Of a DNA stretch of 58,637 bases, positions 26,005-39,328 are shown one piece after another (position 1 is the stretch's first letter; each line of letters begins with the position of its first letter). Position numbers and translations under genes: made by a program. The stretch comes from Welwitschia mirabilis (Eukaryota): positions 7,496,873 to 7,555,509 of the forward strand of contig JBOZIK010000001.1 of assembly GCA_051453625.1 (NCBI GenBank), in the 5' to 3' direction. Below the pieces are notes generated by a model, which was given only the letters and a program-made list of their open reading frames with translations, had not been told where the DNA came from and searched no databases.

Positions 26005-26379
26005 ACCCTCATCTATATCAAAGGACATTATCAAAGGATACCACTTTACATTTTTAATAATTAGCTTAACCACATGTTCTTACATACATAATAGATGGAG
26101 AGTAATTTTGTATTATGCATGACATAATTAAACTTTTGTTAATAATATTTAAAATGAAATTTTTGACATCATAATCCATTTTTCTTAATCCTATGACTTG
26201 TTCTTAACCATTACTTCTTATTCCATTGGTGTAGTGACATCCTCTGCTTTATGACTTAGATTGCTTTACTCCACTTCCTCTTCTACAAAAGACAATAGCT
26301 AACATAGAATCTATTCTAGAAATTTCATAAGTATAGTTTTCATCCTTGTAAGAATAAGGAATTTGTGTTATAAATTCTT

Positions 26380-27290
26380 TTTAATGTGCATTAAAGAGTT
26401 GAAGATAAGTATATTGCACGTACTCCTTATCCTCCCATGTATTATTGAAATAATGCAACCGTCTTATCAATACTTTTTGAATATCCTTTTTTCTTATATT
26501 TTTGGTCTAGGATTCTAATAGTTCTCAGGTGTTAAACATGAAATATATATTAAGGCTTAAGTAGAATATATTTTCAATCTAATATATACCTATGGAACTT
26601 ATCTTCATAGTAGGGTATAAGCAAGTTTATGGAAAAAACTAAGTTTATTCTAGACATTTAGGTGATAATTCTAGCTTATAGATAAGTCCTCTTATTCTCT
26701 ATATGATTTTGAATAACGCATAGTTTTCATGATGCATTTTTTCTATATTTAATCAATTTCCTTTTAGCTTTCACTTATAGCATGACTTAATCACCCACTT
26801 AGAATTTGTGGTTGGAGTGCTATTGATGATAGTACTTCTTCTACTAGTTCTAGGATACTTACAATTAATAATTAATGTTGTTTATGATTTCTTTCATGAT
26901 TATAATTTTAGATGCATCTCTTTTTCAAGGCCTCTCAATTTTTAAGTTGGATCTAAACATATAATAAGGGTTGTGTAGTTTCAATCATTTGTGGGTCCAA
27001 AGATAAAGCATTGAATGAGAGTTTGATAAGTCTAGCTATATGTAAATTTTTACTAAGTTTAGGTGACTCTCTTAGTTCCTTGGATTTTCAACCACATAAC
27101 ATGTTCAATTATCATTTAGAATCCTATTGATCCTTTCTATTTAACCATTAGTACTTAGATGATAATAAATGCTGAATTAGATCTTAATGTACATGTGGTT
27201 GAAGGACCTTTATCAAAATTTGGATATAAACTTACTAGTTCTATCTAAAATGGTTACTATTAGAACTATATGTAATATAAAAACCTTGTG
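26380..27290 (-). pseudogene. Chromovirus remnant: gag fragment followed by integrase GPY/F region and chromodomain
   Basis: LKIQGTKRVT / LIQCFIFG (gag-like); YALFKII*RI...YKLELSP...VFSINLLIPYYE (GPY/F region); RILDQ...KVLIRRLHYFNNTWEDKEY (chromodomain-like). Confidence 0.55.
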
Positions 27291-27897
27291 TATAGTCATC
27301 TATCCTATCATCTAGACAACACTCTAGAGCATGAAAGCCACTAGAGCATCCAAACCACATTTTAAAGATGAATATGAAATTTGACAGAATACACCATAAA
27401 ATTCAACCCATTAGNNNNNNNNNNNNNNNNNNNNNNNNNNNNNNNNNNNNNNNNNNNNNNNNNNNNNNNNNNNNNNNNNNNNNNNNNNNNNNNNNNNNNN
27501 NNNNNNNNNNNNNNNNNNNNNNNNNNNNNNNNNNNNNNNNNNNNNNNNNNNNNNNNNNNNNNNNNNNNNNNNNNNNNNNNNNNNNNNNNNNNNNNNNNNN
27601 NNNNNNNNNNNNNNNNNNNNNNNNNNNNNNNNNNNNNNNNNNNNNNNNNNNNNNNNNNNNNNNNNNNNNNNNNNNNNNNNNNNNNNNNNNNNNNNNNNNN
27701 NNNNNNNNNNNNNNNNNNNNNNNNNNNNNNNNNNNNNNNNNNNNNNNNNNNNNNNNNNNNNNNNNNNNNNNNNNNNNNNNNNNNNNNNNNNNNNNNNNNN
27801 NNNNNNNNNNNNNNNNNNNNNNNNNNNNNNNNNNNNNNNNNNNNNNNNNNNNNNNNNNNNNNNNNNNNNNNNNNNNNNNNNNNNNNNNNNNNNNNNN

Positions 27898-29558
27898 TAT
27901 TTAACATTATGTCTATAATATGTTTCAAGTATATTTAATATGTTCTAAAGTCAAAGAGGAATAATCTAAAGCTCAATTAGGATAATTATGCAAAACATTA
28001 AGTTTAGAGCTAATGAACACTGTTCTGACATATTTCACATTTTCTAACTTATCCAAAGTATTATGAATTCAATGTAGAATGATGAATGGTGATTAAGAGA
28101 CTAGAAGATAAAGGAAAAACTCTCATCCACCTGGTCATTCAAATGATACTTAGGAATACTATTAATAAGATTCATAAATAAAGGAATTTTGTTTCTATTA
28201 ATAGTCATCTATCCTATCATCTAGATGAGACTCTAGAGCATGAAAGCCACTAAAGCATCCAAACCACATTTTAAAGATGAATATAAAAGTTTACAGAATA
28301 CACCATAAAATTCAACCCCTTGGGACGATATAAGGATATATCAATTAATGTAGAAGCGATGATTAAGTTTATGAGAATACTAGTCTTAATCAATTAATTT
28401 ATAAAAGGTTAAGAAATATTAATTCTATTATGAGAAAGATTCATATGCCAAGAAAAAATCCAATTATGACATAAGGAAATAGAGAAGACTGAAGATGTCC
28501 AATTGTCCTGATGACATCTAGGATGATTAGCAGAAAAAAAGAAATAAAACTTATAAATTAATAATTAATAGTCATTCACCTGATCATTTGAAAACTACCC
28601 ATTATGATAGCAATGAGCATGAAACTCAACCATTACCCAGAAGGCATAAGGAGGATAAGAAACCCTTAGACGAAGAGATCAACTATCGTCCATTATGTCA
28701 TCCATAAAAAACCAAGGATGACATTAAATACATGACACTCAATTATATCATTATAAAGGCATATAAAGAATAAGAAGTTATCAGAAATCAAGATCACTTA
28801 TCATCCACTTGGTCATCCTAATGATATTTAAATGGACTACACCTTAATGAATGTAAAATAGACTCCATTAGTTATGAAATCATTATTATGTTTACCTCTG
28901 ATTTGTTATGACTCTTTGATGATCCTAATTATTATTTAAAATTCATAAATATCCTACTTAGATCCATTCTTTCTCATGTTTGGTGCATCAATTAGTCTTC
29001 TGATGATTTGAAGATTAGTTAATTAAGGGATCTATCCTAGTTGTAGAGAAGGAAATGTCTTGGTATGAGGTTGTGTCTCCTTCATTGGGAAGTTCTTACT
29101 TTATAAAAGGGTATGAAAATTTTGATTAATAAAGTTCTTGATTAAAGTGTTATTTTCAAAATTAGTTTCTAGTATTCCTTATAGTTTATGTTAATTGCAT
29201 TTAAGTAATAGTTATTTATCATTAATATAGTTTATAAGGTCCAACTTTTGGTGACAATAAGTTATTGAACTTGATTAGGATTTGTATTTAGATTACATTC
29301 ATATTTGCATCTTGAATTTCATCTATTGCATCATTGCATTTTAATTCTAAAGCTAGATTAAAAAATTATTTTAGTTTTATAGTTTTTGATTGAAGTAATC
29401 TTCTAAGTTCCTATTTCAAATTCCTCTATAGAGTATGATCTTTGGATTAACTCCCATATAGTAATGTGTTTTATATGAGTTTATTAAGAATTATAGGTAT
29501 TAAAGCTAAAGGATTCATTAGAATAAAATACAAAATTAATCACATAATTCACACTACA
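27898..29558 (+). repeat. LTR of a second Athila-related family (left end in gap)
   Basis: The 3' end resembles the other Athila LTR ends and finishes cacactaca. 27898-28150 is an inverted homolog of 58080-58333, which abuts an Athila-type PPT. Confidence 0.6.
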
Positions 29559-30137
29559 ATAATGAGCGAGATTAAGAAATAACTTAGTTACTATTGATAT
29601 GAGTTAGCTCAAATATTATATCCTCAGCTGGTCTTCCTACCCTTGCATCTAATAATTTCTTAGCCTTTATTATTATTTAAACCAATATTTTTTTTACACA
29701 TCACAAATGTAACATTATAAATTTTATTTTAAATAGTGTTACTAAAAGTCTAAAAATGTCATGTACGATATAGAATTAGTCTCCATTTGTTATATATATT
29801 GTTACATATGTAATGATGGGTGCTTAAGTTAAATTACCACAAATGTAAAGTTGTGTCCTTTGATAATGTTTTTTTGATGAGGTATAAAATCAAGGACATT
29901 AGATGGATATGAATGAGTTAGCTAAATGTATCTCAAATCAACTTTGACTACTATCTAAGCATCCTAAGAGAGGGGCTAAGGTGATATTCTACATCTTTAC
30001 CTTTGACCATTAGTTTAAGATCTAATCTCTTATAAAATAAATGTACAAATACTTTTTAATAATATGGTTCTTATACCTGATTTATGAATTATGATTTCTT
30101 AAATTATTTTCTTAAGAAATGTATTTATTTTAACCTA

Positions 30138-31409
30138 TATTAGTAAAAGCATGGTGATCTTATTTTGTTTTGGCTAATTTAAATTATAGACTTCTTTGAT
30201 GTTGAAAGATGTCTATAGGATGCACAGACATCTTTAATATACCAGACATCTATCCTAAAATATTTGTAATTTACTTCTTCCTTCTAATACAATTTTATTT
30301 CTATTAAGATGTCTTTTAACTTAGAAGACATCTATTTCATAGATTATAGAAGTATATCTCATTAAGAGATGTTTATCCTTAAAGTCACTTGAAAATTGAG
30401 TTCTATGTGAATGTTTTTGAGGCTAATAAACATTTATTTCATGGATTATAGAAATATATCTATTTAAAAGATGTCTATCTAGAAAGTCATTCTAAAAATA
30501 TAATACAAAAAGAACAAAGACACAGTTTAAATGGAAAAATTTGATGGCTAAGTCACTTACCCTTATATCTAGGTTAACTAAAATACTTTAGAAGTGAATT
30601 TAAAGCCTTCAAATCATCACTCTTTTGATATCTTTAATAAAATACACAAATTTTATTCTCTTTTTATGAAATTACATAAGAGCTTGAGCAAATGATTAAG
30701 TTGTTGCATAAAGCTTTTAAGATCTTTAATCTTTGATTAAATGTCATAATATGAATTTTATACTTTCTTATTTAATGAAATGAGATTTTAATTTTATCAT
30801 GATAACTTGATATTATACAAATATAAAGGTATTTAAACATTAAATAAATTTGTACCTAGTAAGTGAAACATGATCATGATAAATTAGTTTAAGCTATTGA
30901 ATCATCTATTGTTGTTGAAGCTGATTAAAGTATAAAGAAGTAAGAACATTGAATAATTTAGCAAATTTAAAATTGAAGTGGATCTCATCTCAATATTTCA
31001 AGCATGAATAAAACATCAAACACTAATAAGGAAAAACAATCTAATAAAAATCTTTAACATTTCATTCTNNNNNNNNNNNNNNNNNNNNNNNNNNNNNNNN
31101 NNNNNNNNNNNNNNNNNNNNNNNNNNNNNNNNNNNNNNNNNNNNNNNNNNNNNNNNNNNNNNNNNNNNTCATTCTTCTCTTTAAGAGGCATCAATATTTT
31201 TTTGCATTACATTAATTAAGTCTTTTATGTAGGGGTTTGGAGTTATCTCTCCTTTACAATCCATGTAGAATATATTCTCTTATAAAACATACTAATATAT
31301 TTCTTACCATAAAATTTTCTAAGCTTAAAATTTTTTAGACATTAACATTAACAAATAATAATGACACAAAATATATGTTATGTTCACATTGAATTAGATT
31401 ATAGTAATA
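30138..31409 (-). repeat. Copia 3' LTR
   Basis: tattagtaaaagcatggtga...ttatagtaata aligns with 37670-39328. A PPT-like sequence (ccaaaggaggtat on the minus strand) is adjacent at 31410-31422. Confidence 0.85.
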
Positions 31410-31439
31410 ATACCTCCTTTGGAATAACGTGGAAAATGA

Positions 31440-34400
31440 ATGCTAAAGATACAGAAATCATGTTTTATTTGAAGATGAAATACTCCATCTTACATAGGTA
31501 GCTTCTTTTTCAACACATAAACAACCTGTTCATTTCTTAAAACATGCTTAGGCATGATTACTCCCTTCTTTATCTTATCTTTTACAAAGTAATATTTGAT
31601 TTTAATGTGTTTACTCTTATTGTGAAGAGTGTATTCTTGAGAAAGTATTATGGTTTAATATTAATTATAAACCTATCAATTTTTGTATTTACTTTTACTT
31701 GCAATTGTTTAAATAATTTCNNNNNNNNNNNNNNNNNNNNNNNNNNNNNNNNNNNNNNNNNNNNNNNNNNNNNNNNNNNNNNNNNNNNNNNNNNNNNNNN
31801 NNNNNNNNNNNNNNNNNNNNTTATCTTATCTTTTACAAAGTAATATTTAATTTTAATGTGTTTACTCTTCTTGTGAAGAGTGTATTCTTGAGAAAGTATT
31901 ATGGTTGAATATTATTTACAAACCTATCAATTGGTGTATTTACTTTTACTTGCAATTGTTCAAATTATTTCAAAATCTATCAAACAAGTTAGAGAGAATT
32001 AGACATGGAGATGTATTTAGACTTAGTGGATGAAAGAAGCATACATAACTATTTCTTTGACTTCTAATAAATTGGATTTATTTCATGAAATATGATAGTA
32101 TTAATAACGCATTCTCTATATTTAATAGATGCACATAGTTAACATCATAATAAGAATACATATCTCCATTTCCTTTTTCAATTTTAAGCCCAAGGATAAG
32201 TGTGTCAAGTACATATTTCATGAGATTTTTCAAAGCAAACAACTATATATATAAACATAAATGATATTGNNNNNNNNNNNNNNNNNNNNNNNNNNNNNNN
32301 NNNNNNNNNNNNNNNNNNNNNNNNNNNNNNNNNNNNNNNNNNNNNNNNNNNNNNNNNNNNNNNNNNNNNGATAAGTGTGTCAAGTACATACTTCATGAGA
32401 TTTTTCTAAGCAAACAACTATATATCTAAACATAAATGATATTAAAACTTTAATATCAGGTCTTGTATGACATAAAAATCTCAAGAATCCTATCAGTGAT
32501 CTATAAAGTTAAGCATCCACCTTCTTGATGAATCATCCCTTCTAATTTTAAGATTTTGAGGTAGTGCTGTGGTGGTTGGTTTTGCTTCAAGCAATCCATG
32601 ATTTTCCATCCTAATGTGTAAACTTTGATTGGTATATAATCATGGAGTCTATGATTTTCTCAACTTAAATTCCTAAAAAATATTTAAGAATACTAAGACC
32701 TTTCATTTCAAATGCAGTTTTCATCTCCACCTTGAAGTTTCTAATCATTTTCTTATATGTAGTAAAGAATACTATTCATTAACATAAATAAATATCATAA
32801 TGAAATAACCATTTGAGAGTTTGAATATAAAGGGGGCTCTAAAATACATGCTTTATAGTATTTTTTAATCAAGTAATCATTAATTCTTTTAAACCAAGCT
32901 CTTGGAGCTTGCTTAATGTCATAAGGAGCTTATTTAAGTTTGAATACTTTGTTTTCTTGGCCTTTAATAAAAAACCCTTTAGGCTAAAAAATGTATAATT
33001 ATTTTATTAGATTTCCATCTAAAAATGTACTATTTACATCTATTTAATGCAAAAATTAACCTCCATGAATTGTTACAGAAATTAGAAGTTTATAGTTTCA
33101 AATAAGAAAACTAGCGTAAATATTTCCTCATAATTAATTACTTCTTTGCTAGTAAGCTCTAGTAATCAAAATTACTTTATAACCTGTGACAATTTATTTT
33201 CCATCCATTTTTATTTTAAAAATCCATTTGGAGTCAATGATATTCTTTCTTTTTGGCCTGTTGACAAGTTTCCATGTGACAATTTCTTGTATTGCACACA
33301 TTTCCTTCTCCCTTGCTTGTCTTCAAATTTTAGATTAAAGAGGTTTATCATATAACTTTGGTTTATTAATCAAGGCTAAATATACTACATGAAATGTACC
33401 TATATTCCTTATGAATCTCCTCTAAAAATTTGTCTCTAATATTTAAGAAGGTGAATGTTCTTTGACAATTCTTAATGGCATAGATGGTTGAAAGTTGATA
33501 GATGAATCACCCACATTATCTTCATCATAACAGAAGTATGCTAAACCAAATTTTAATTCATTAAACTTAACATCTTTAAAAATCAAGTATCTTTCACTAA
33601 TGGGTTCAACACATCTATACCTATTATATTTTACATCATATTCAACAAAAATGCACTTTCTACTTCTTGAATCGAGTTTAAAATTAATTGATTTGATATG
33701 TGTAACCAAAAAAATACAATCAAAGCTTTTCAAATGAAATAAATTTGGAAATTTTTTAAAGATTAACTCATATGTGAATCTTTAGTTAATTTTATGAAGT
33801 AACCATCTCGTTAATAAGATATGTGGTTATACTAATTGCCTCCCCCTAATATGAATTGGGTAATGTGATTTGTATCAATAAGAAACATGCCATATATTGT
33901 CTTACATCATGTTTATTTTTAGTTATTCCATTACTTTGTGGAGAAAAACCTCATGTTACTTACTTCATAATGCCATAATCATTACAAAATTAATAGAACT
34001 CATTATTTAAAAATTCACAAAATTATTTACCCTAATTAATTTTAAGAGTGTGTTTTGAAATATTTAAAAAAGGATAATGCTTCATCTTTAGAATGGAAGA
34101 AATAGAACTAAGTGTACCTAGAAAAATCATCAACAATCACCATAAAATACTTTGAGCCATTTATTGTATAAGTATTCATTAGACCAACCAAATTCATGTG
34201 CACCAACCCAAGTGACATAGTTTTTCTCTTCACAGTGGTACTATGCAAATTAGTATTTTGTTTGACCTTCATACATGCTTCACAAATTCTAGTAGGTATT
34301 TATTAACATTTAATGTCCAACATACTTTAGAAATCTTCATAATATTTATGTATGAAGAATGCCCTAATCTCATTTTCTAATTAATTAAAGGATTTTTAAT

Positions 34401-37077
34401 CACATTAGACATTGACATAAGTTGTAAATTTTTAGTTAATATACCATCTCCTATGGACACTGATGCATGCATTTTCTTTGGTATTACTTAAATAGTAGTG
34501 AAGAATCCTATTTCATTCTTTATGATACAATTATTCTTTTCAAACATAACTTTCTTACCTTTGTGGATCATATATCCAATTGAAAGTAATGTGTTAGAAA
34601 GCTTAAGTACATGAAAAACATCATTGACATTAATTCGTCTTTTATCTTGGAGATTTATTTTAATACTTCTAATGACTTTTTTAAACAAAAGTACCATCAC
34701 CAACTTTTATGGATCCCAAATTAGTAGGTCTGTAATTGAGAAATTTTTTTCATTTGAAGTCATGTGATTTAAATAAGCACTATTCATGATCGATGTGGAG
34801 TAATCATTAATTTTTGTAGAAACTAAAACTAAATAGTTTATGACTCCTCCTTTAATTTTATTTTCTTTTTTAGATGGTTCATATTCTTTAATAAGTTATG
34901 GTAAATCTTGTTTAACTGAAATACTAGAAAAATCCTTTCCACTAATATTTATCTTTAGTATGATCTAGTTTTTTGCAACTTATACATCATAGTTTATTTT
35001 TCTTTATGCCTTATTTAGAGTATTGATTTTTATACCTATTTTGGAAGTAATTATCATTCCTCTTTGGCCATTACATCTACCACCTCAAACATCTAAAATT
35101 TTATTGCCTTTCTTGATTTTGAGAAGAATTGAAGGTGTGATTATTCCCTACTTGGTTTTAATAACTTTATATTTCTTTTTTTTTTAATCAAATCTATCAC
35201 TTCTTTCTATAACTCTTTAGGACTTTATAAGATTGAACTGATCACATGGATATTCATTTTTTATTTTAAATATTTTAATGTTCTTATATGAGAACTAATA
35301 TATCAACTATTAAAATATTGAGATCTTCAATTTGTAGCATAGTAATCATCACACTCTTATATCTAGCATCATTATAGAGAATTGAAGTGTTATATATATA
35401 TATATATATATATATATTCTTTCAGTGAATCCACAATTACATTTATTAACATTTCTAATTACTTGAAACATTCTTTAAAATAAAGATTTAATGGACTCAT
35501 CTCTTATGATGTATATACTTTCAAAATTTGGTTGTGACTTCAACTATTTCATTTGCATGTTCTTGATTATTCCTAAACTCCTTTTTGAGCTATTCCCAAT
35601 AATCCTTTACATTTCCTTTTTTAATGATTCTAGNNNNNNNNNNNNNNNNNNNNNNNNNNNNNNNNNNNNNNNNNNNNNNNNNNNNNNNNNNNNNNNNNNN
35701 NNNNNNNNNNNNNNNNNNNNNNNNNNNNNNNNNTGAGAGTGTGCTTTGAAATATTTAAAAAAGGATAATGCTTCATCCTTAGAATGGAAGAAATAGAACT
35801 AAGTGTACCTAGAAAAATCATCAATTATCACCATAAAATACTTTGATCCATTTATTGTATAAGTATTCATTAGACCAACCAAATTCTTGTGCACCAACCC
35901 AAGTGGCATAGTTTTTCTCTCCACAGTGGCACTATGCAGATTAGTATTTTGTTTGACCTTCATACATGTTTCACAAATTCTAATAGGTATTTATTAACAT
36001 TTAATGTTCAACATACTTTAGAAATCTTCATAATATTTATGTATGAAGCATGTTCTAATCTCATTTGCTAAATAATTGAAGGATTTTTAATCACATTAAA
36101 CATTGACATAAGTTGTAATTTTTTAGTTAATATACCATATCCTCTGGACACTGATGCATAAATTTTCTTTGGTATTTTTTAAATAGTAGTGAAGAATCCT
36201 ATAGCATTCTTTATGATACAATTATTCTTTTCAAACATAACTTTCTTACCTTTGTGGACTATCTATCCAATTGAAAGTAATGTATTAGAAAGCCTGAGTG
36301 CATGAAAACATCATTGACATTAATCTGTCTTTCATCTTGGAGATTTATTTTAACACTTCTAATGCCTTTTTTGAATAAAAGTACCATTACCAACTTTTAT
36401 GGATCCCAAATTAGCAAGTCTATAATTGAGGAAAAAATTTCATTTGAAGTCATGTGATTTAAACAAGCACTATTCATGATTGATGTGGAGTAATCATTAA
36501 TTTTTGTGGAACTAAAACTAAATAATTTATGACTCCTCATTCAGTTTTATTTTCTTTGTTAGATGGTTCATATTTTTAATAGGTTATGATAAAGCGTGTT
36601 TATCTGAAATACTAAAAAAACCCTTTCCACTAACATTTGTCTTTAGTATGATCTAGTTTTTTGCAACTTTTACATCATAGTTTATTTTTCTTTGTGCCTT
36701 CTTTAGAGTATTGATTTTTATACCTATTTTTGAAGTAATTATCTCTTCCTCTTTGGCCATCACATCTACCAACTCAAACATCTAAAATTTTATTGCCTTT
36801 CTTGATTTTAAGAAGAATTGAAGATGTGATTATTCCCTACTTGGTTTTTAATAACTTTATATTTCTTTTTCTTTAGAAAATCTATCACTTATTTTTATAA
36901 CTCTTTGGGACTTTATAAGATTGACCTGATCACATGGATATTCATTTTTTATTTTAAATCTTTCAATGTTCTTATATAAGAACTAATGTATCAACTATTA
37001 ATATATTGAATTCTTCAATTTTTAGCATAGTAATCATCACACTCTTATATCTAGCATCATTATAGAGAATTGAAGTA

Positions 37078-37109
<32 letters not shown>

Positions 37110-37560
37110 TATTTCAGTGAATCCACAATTAAATTTATCAACATTTCTAATTACTTGAGACATTCTTTAAAATAAATATTTAATGGACTCATCTGTTATG
37201 ATGTAAAGACTTTTAAAATTTGACTGTTACTTCAACTATTTCATTTGCATATTCTTGACTATTCCTAAACTCATTTTTGAGCTATTCCCAATAGTCCTTT
37301 GCATTTCCTTTTTTATGATTCTAGCTCTAATGGCTTCACTTATATATGTGTAGAGGATCATCTTGACTAATGAATTATGCCTATTATCTAACTCATATTT
37401 TTGTTTTTTGGTTTATTTAACACATTAGGATTTGAAGGAAGAAAGAAATCATTCTAAACTACATCATAAGATTTATACATTTCAAGTAATGTCTTCATTA
37501 TCTGATACCAATGAGTGAAATATTGACTTCCATTAAATATAATTAAGCACCTAGGAATCT
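31440..37560 (-). pseudogene. pol: Copia gag-pol polyprotein pseudogene
   Basis: FNGSQYFTHWYQIMKTLL (gag); NSAYLNHMTS (PR); RLGH; LVHMNLVGLMNT...GSKYFMVIVDDFSRYT (INT); KLDSRSRKCIFVEY; YRSLIGFLRFLCHTRPDI (RT); SSTKSKYIS and HKKSKHIKIKYYFVKD (RH). Confidence 0.9.
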
Positions 37561-37654
37561 CCTTTAACATATTAAAATGAAAATAAAACAAACCTTTATA
37601 ATCTTTAAAAATTCAAATCTAACCTTATTTATATATTTGTACTTATGCCTTATA

Positions 37655-37666
37655 GCTCTGATACCA
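37655..37666 (-). promoter_or_regulatory. tRNA-iMet primer-binding site
   Basis: Plus-strand gctctgatacca is TGGTATCAGAGC on the minus strand, 3 nt from the LTR end. Confidence 0.95.
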
Positions 37667-37669
37667 ATT

Positions 37670-39328
37670 TGTTAGCAAAAGCCTAGTGAGCCTGTTTTGT
37701 TTTGGATAATTTAAATTAAAGACTTATTTAATGTTAAAAGATGTTTTTAGGATGCAAATACATCTTTAAGGTATTAGATATCTATCCTGAAATATCTATA
37801 ATTCACTTCTTTCTTCTAATGTAATTTTATTTCTATTAAGATGTCTTTTATTTAAAAGATGTCTATTTTACATATTATAGATATCTATCTCATTGAGATA
37901 TGTCTATCCTTAAATTTACTTGAAAACTAAGTTCTATGTAATGTCTTTGAGGCTGATAGTTGTCTATTTCATGGATTATAGATGTCTATCTATTTTAAAA
38001 ACATCTATCTTCTAAGTAATTCTATAAACAGGGTCTGAAAAACATAAAAACAAAGTTCTAATGGTGAAATTTTATGGATAAGTAATCTATCATCATATCA
38101 AGGTTAAATAAACACTTAAAAAGTGAATCTAAATCCTCAAAATCATTATTCTTTCAAGATCTTTAATCAAATACACAAATTTTCTTTTCTTCTTTTATGA
38201 AATAACATAAGAATCTCTTCAAATGATTAAATCTTTGCATAAATGTTTAACAATCTTTAATCTTTGAGTAAATTTCACAAATATGAATTTATTTCTTTCT
38301 TGTTTACTAAAATAAACTTTTATTTCATCATAATAACCTAATATTTCATAAATCTANNNNNNNNNNNNNNNNNNNNNNNNNNNNNNNNNNNNNNNNNNNN
38401 NNNNNNNNNNNNNNNNNNNNNNNNNNNNNNNNNNNNNNNNNNNNNNNNNNNNNNNNNNNNNNNNNNNNNNNNNNNNNNNNNNNNNNNNNNNNNNNNNNNN
38501 NNNNNNNNNNNNNNNNNNNNNNNNNNNNNNNNNNNNNNNNNNNNNNNNNNNNNNNNNNNNNNNNNNNNNNNNNNNNNNNNNNNNNNNNNNNNNNNNNNNN
38601 NNNNNNNNNNNNNNNNNNNNNNNNNNNNNNNNNNNNNNNNNNNNNNNNNNNNNNNNNNNNNNNNNNNNNNNNNNNNNNNNNNNNNNNNNNNNNNNNNNNN
38701 NNNNNNNNNNNNNNNNNNNNNNNNNNNNNNNNNNNNNNNNNNNNNNNNNNNNNNNNNNNNNNNNNNNNNNNNNNNNNNNNNNNNNNNNNNNNNNNNNNNN
38801 NNNNNNNNNNNNNNNNNNNNNNNNNNNNNNNNNNNNNNNNNNNNNNNNNNNNNNNNNNNNNNNNNNNNNNNNNNNNNNNNNNNNNNNNNNNNNNNNNNNN
38901 NNNNNNNNNNNNNNNNNNNNNNNNNNNNATCTATTTTATTAAAGCCTATTGAAGTATAAATGAGTAATGACATTATATAATTTAGCAAATTTAATTTTAA
39001 GTATATCTTATCTTAAGCTTTCAAGCATTATTGAAGAATCAAGCATAAATGAATCAGAAACATCTAGTAGAATTCCTTCATCATTTCATTCTTCTCTTTA
39101 AGAGGTACAAGTCTTCTTTTTTTAATTACATCAATGAATTCTTTTATAGAGGGTTTTGAAGTTATTCCTCCTTTCTAATTCATATGGGATATAATCCCTT
39201 ATAAAACTCATAAATATGTTTCTTAACATAAAGTTTTCTAAGCTGAAAATGTTATAGACGATAACATTAAGAAATAACCATGACACAAAACATGTGATAT
39301 GTCCACATTGGACTACATTACATGAACA
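37670..39328 (-). repeat. Copia 5' LTR (contains a gap)
   Basis: Plus strand reads tgttagcaaaagcc...ttacatgaaca (TG...CA). It is homologous to 30138-31409 but clearly diverged. Confidence 0.85.

Larger units (their letters stand above)
30138..39328 (-). mobile_element. Structurally complete but degenerate Ty1/copia retrotransposon
   Basis: Two homologous LTRs, a perfect iMet PBS, a PPT, and gag-PR-INT-RT-RH in copia order on the minus strand. Length is inflated by gap-flanking duplicates (34046-35633 vs 35734-37323). Confidence 0.9.

Noticed and set aside
34046-37323. Copia element with a genuinely duplicated gag-PR-INT segment
   Set aside because: The duplicate abuts a 100-N gap like about 20 others and is most likely haplotype redundancy in the assembly.
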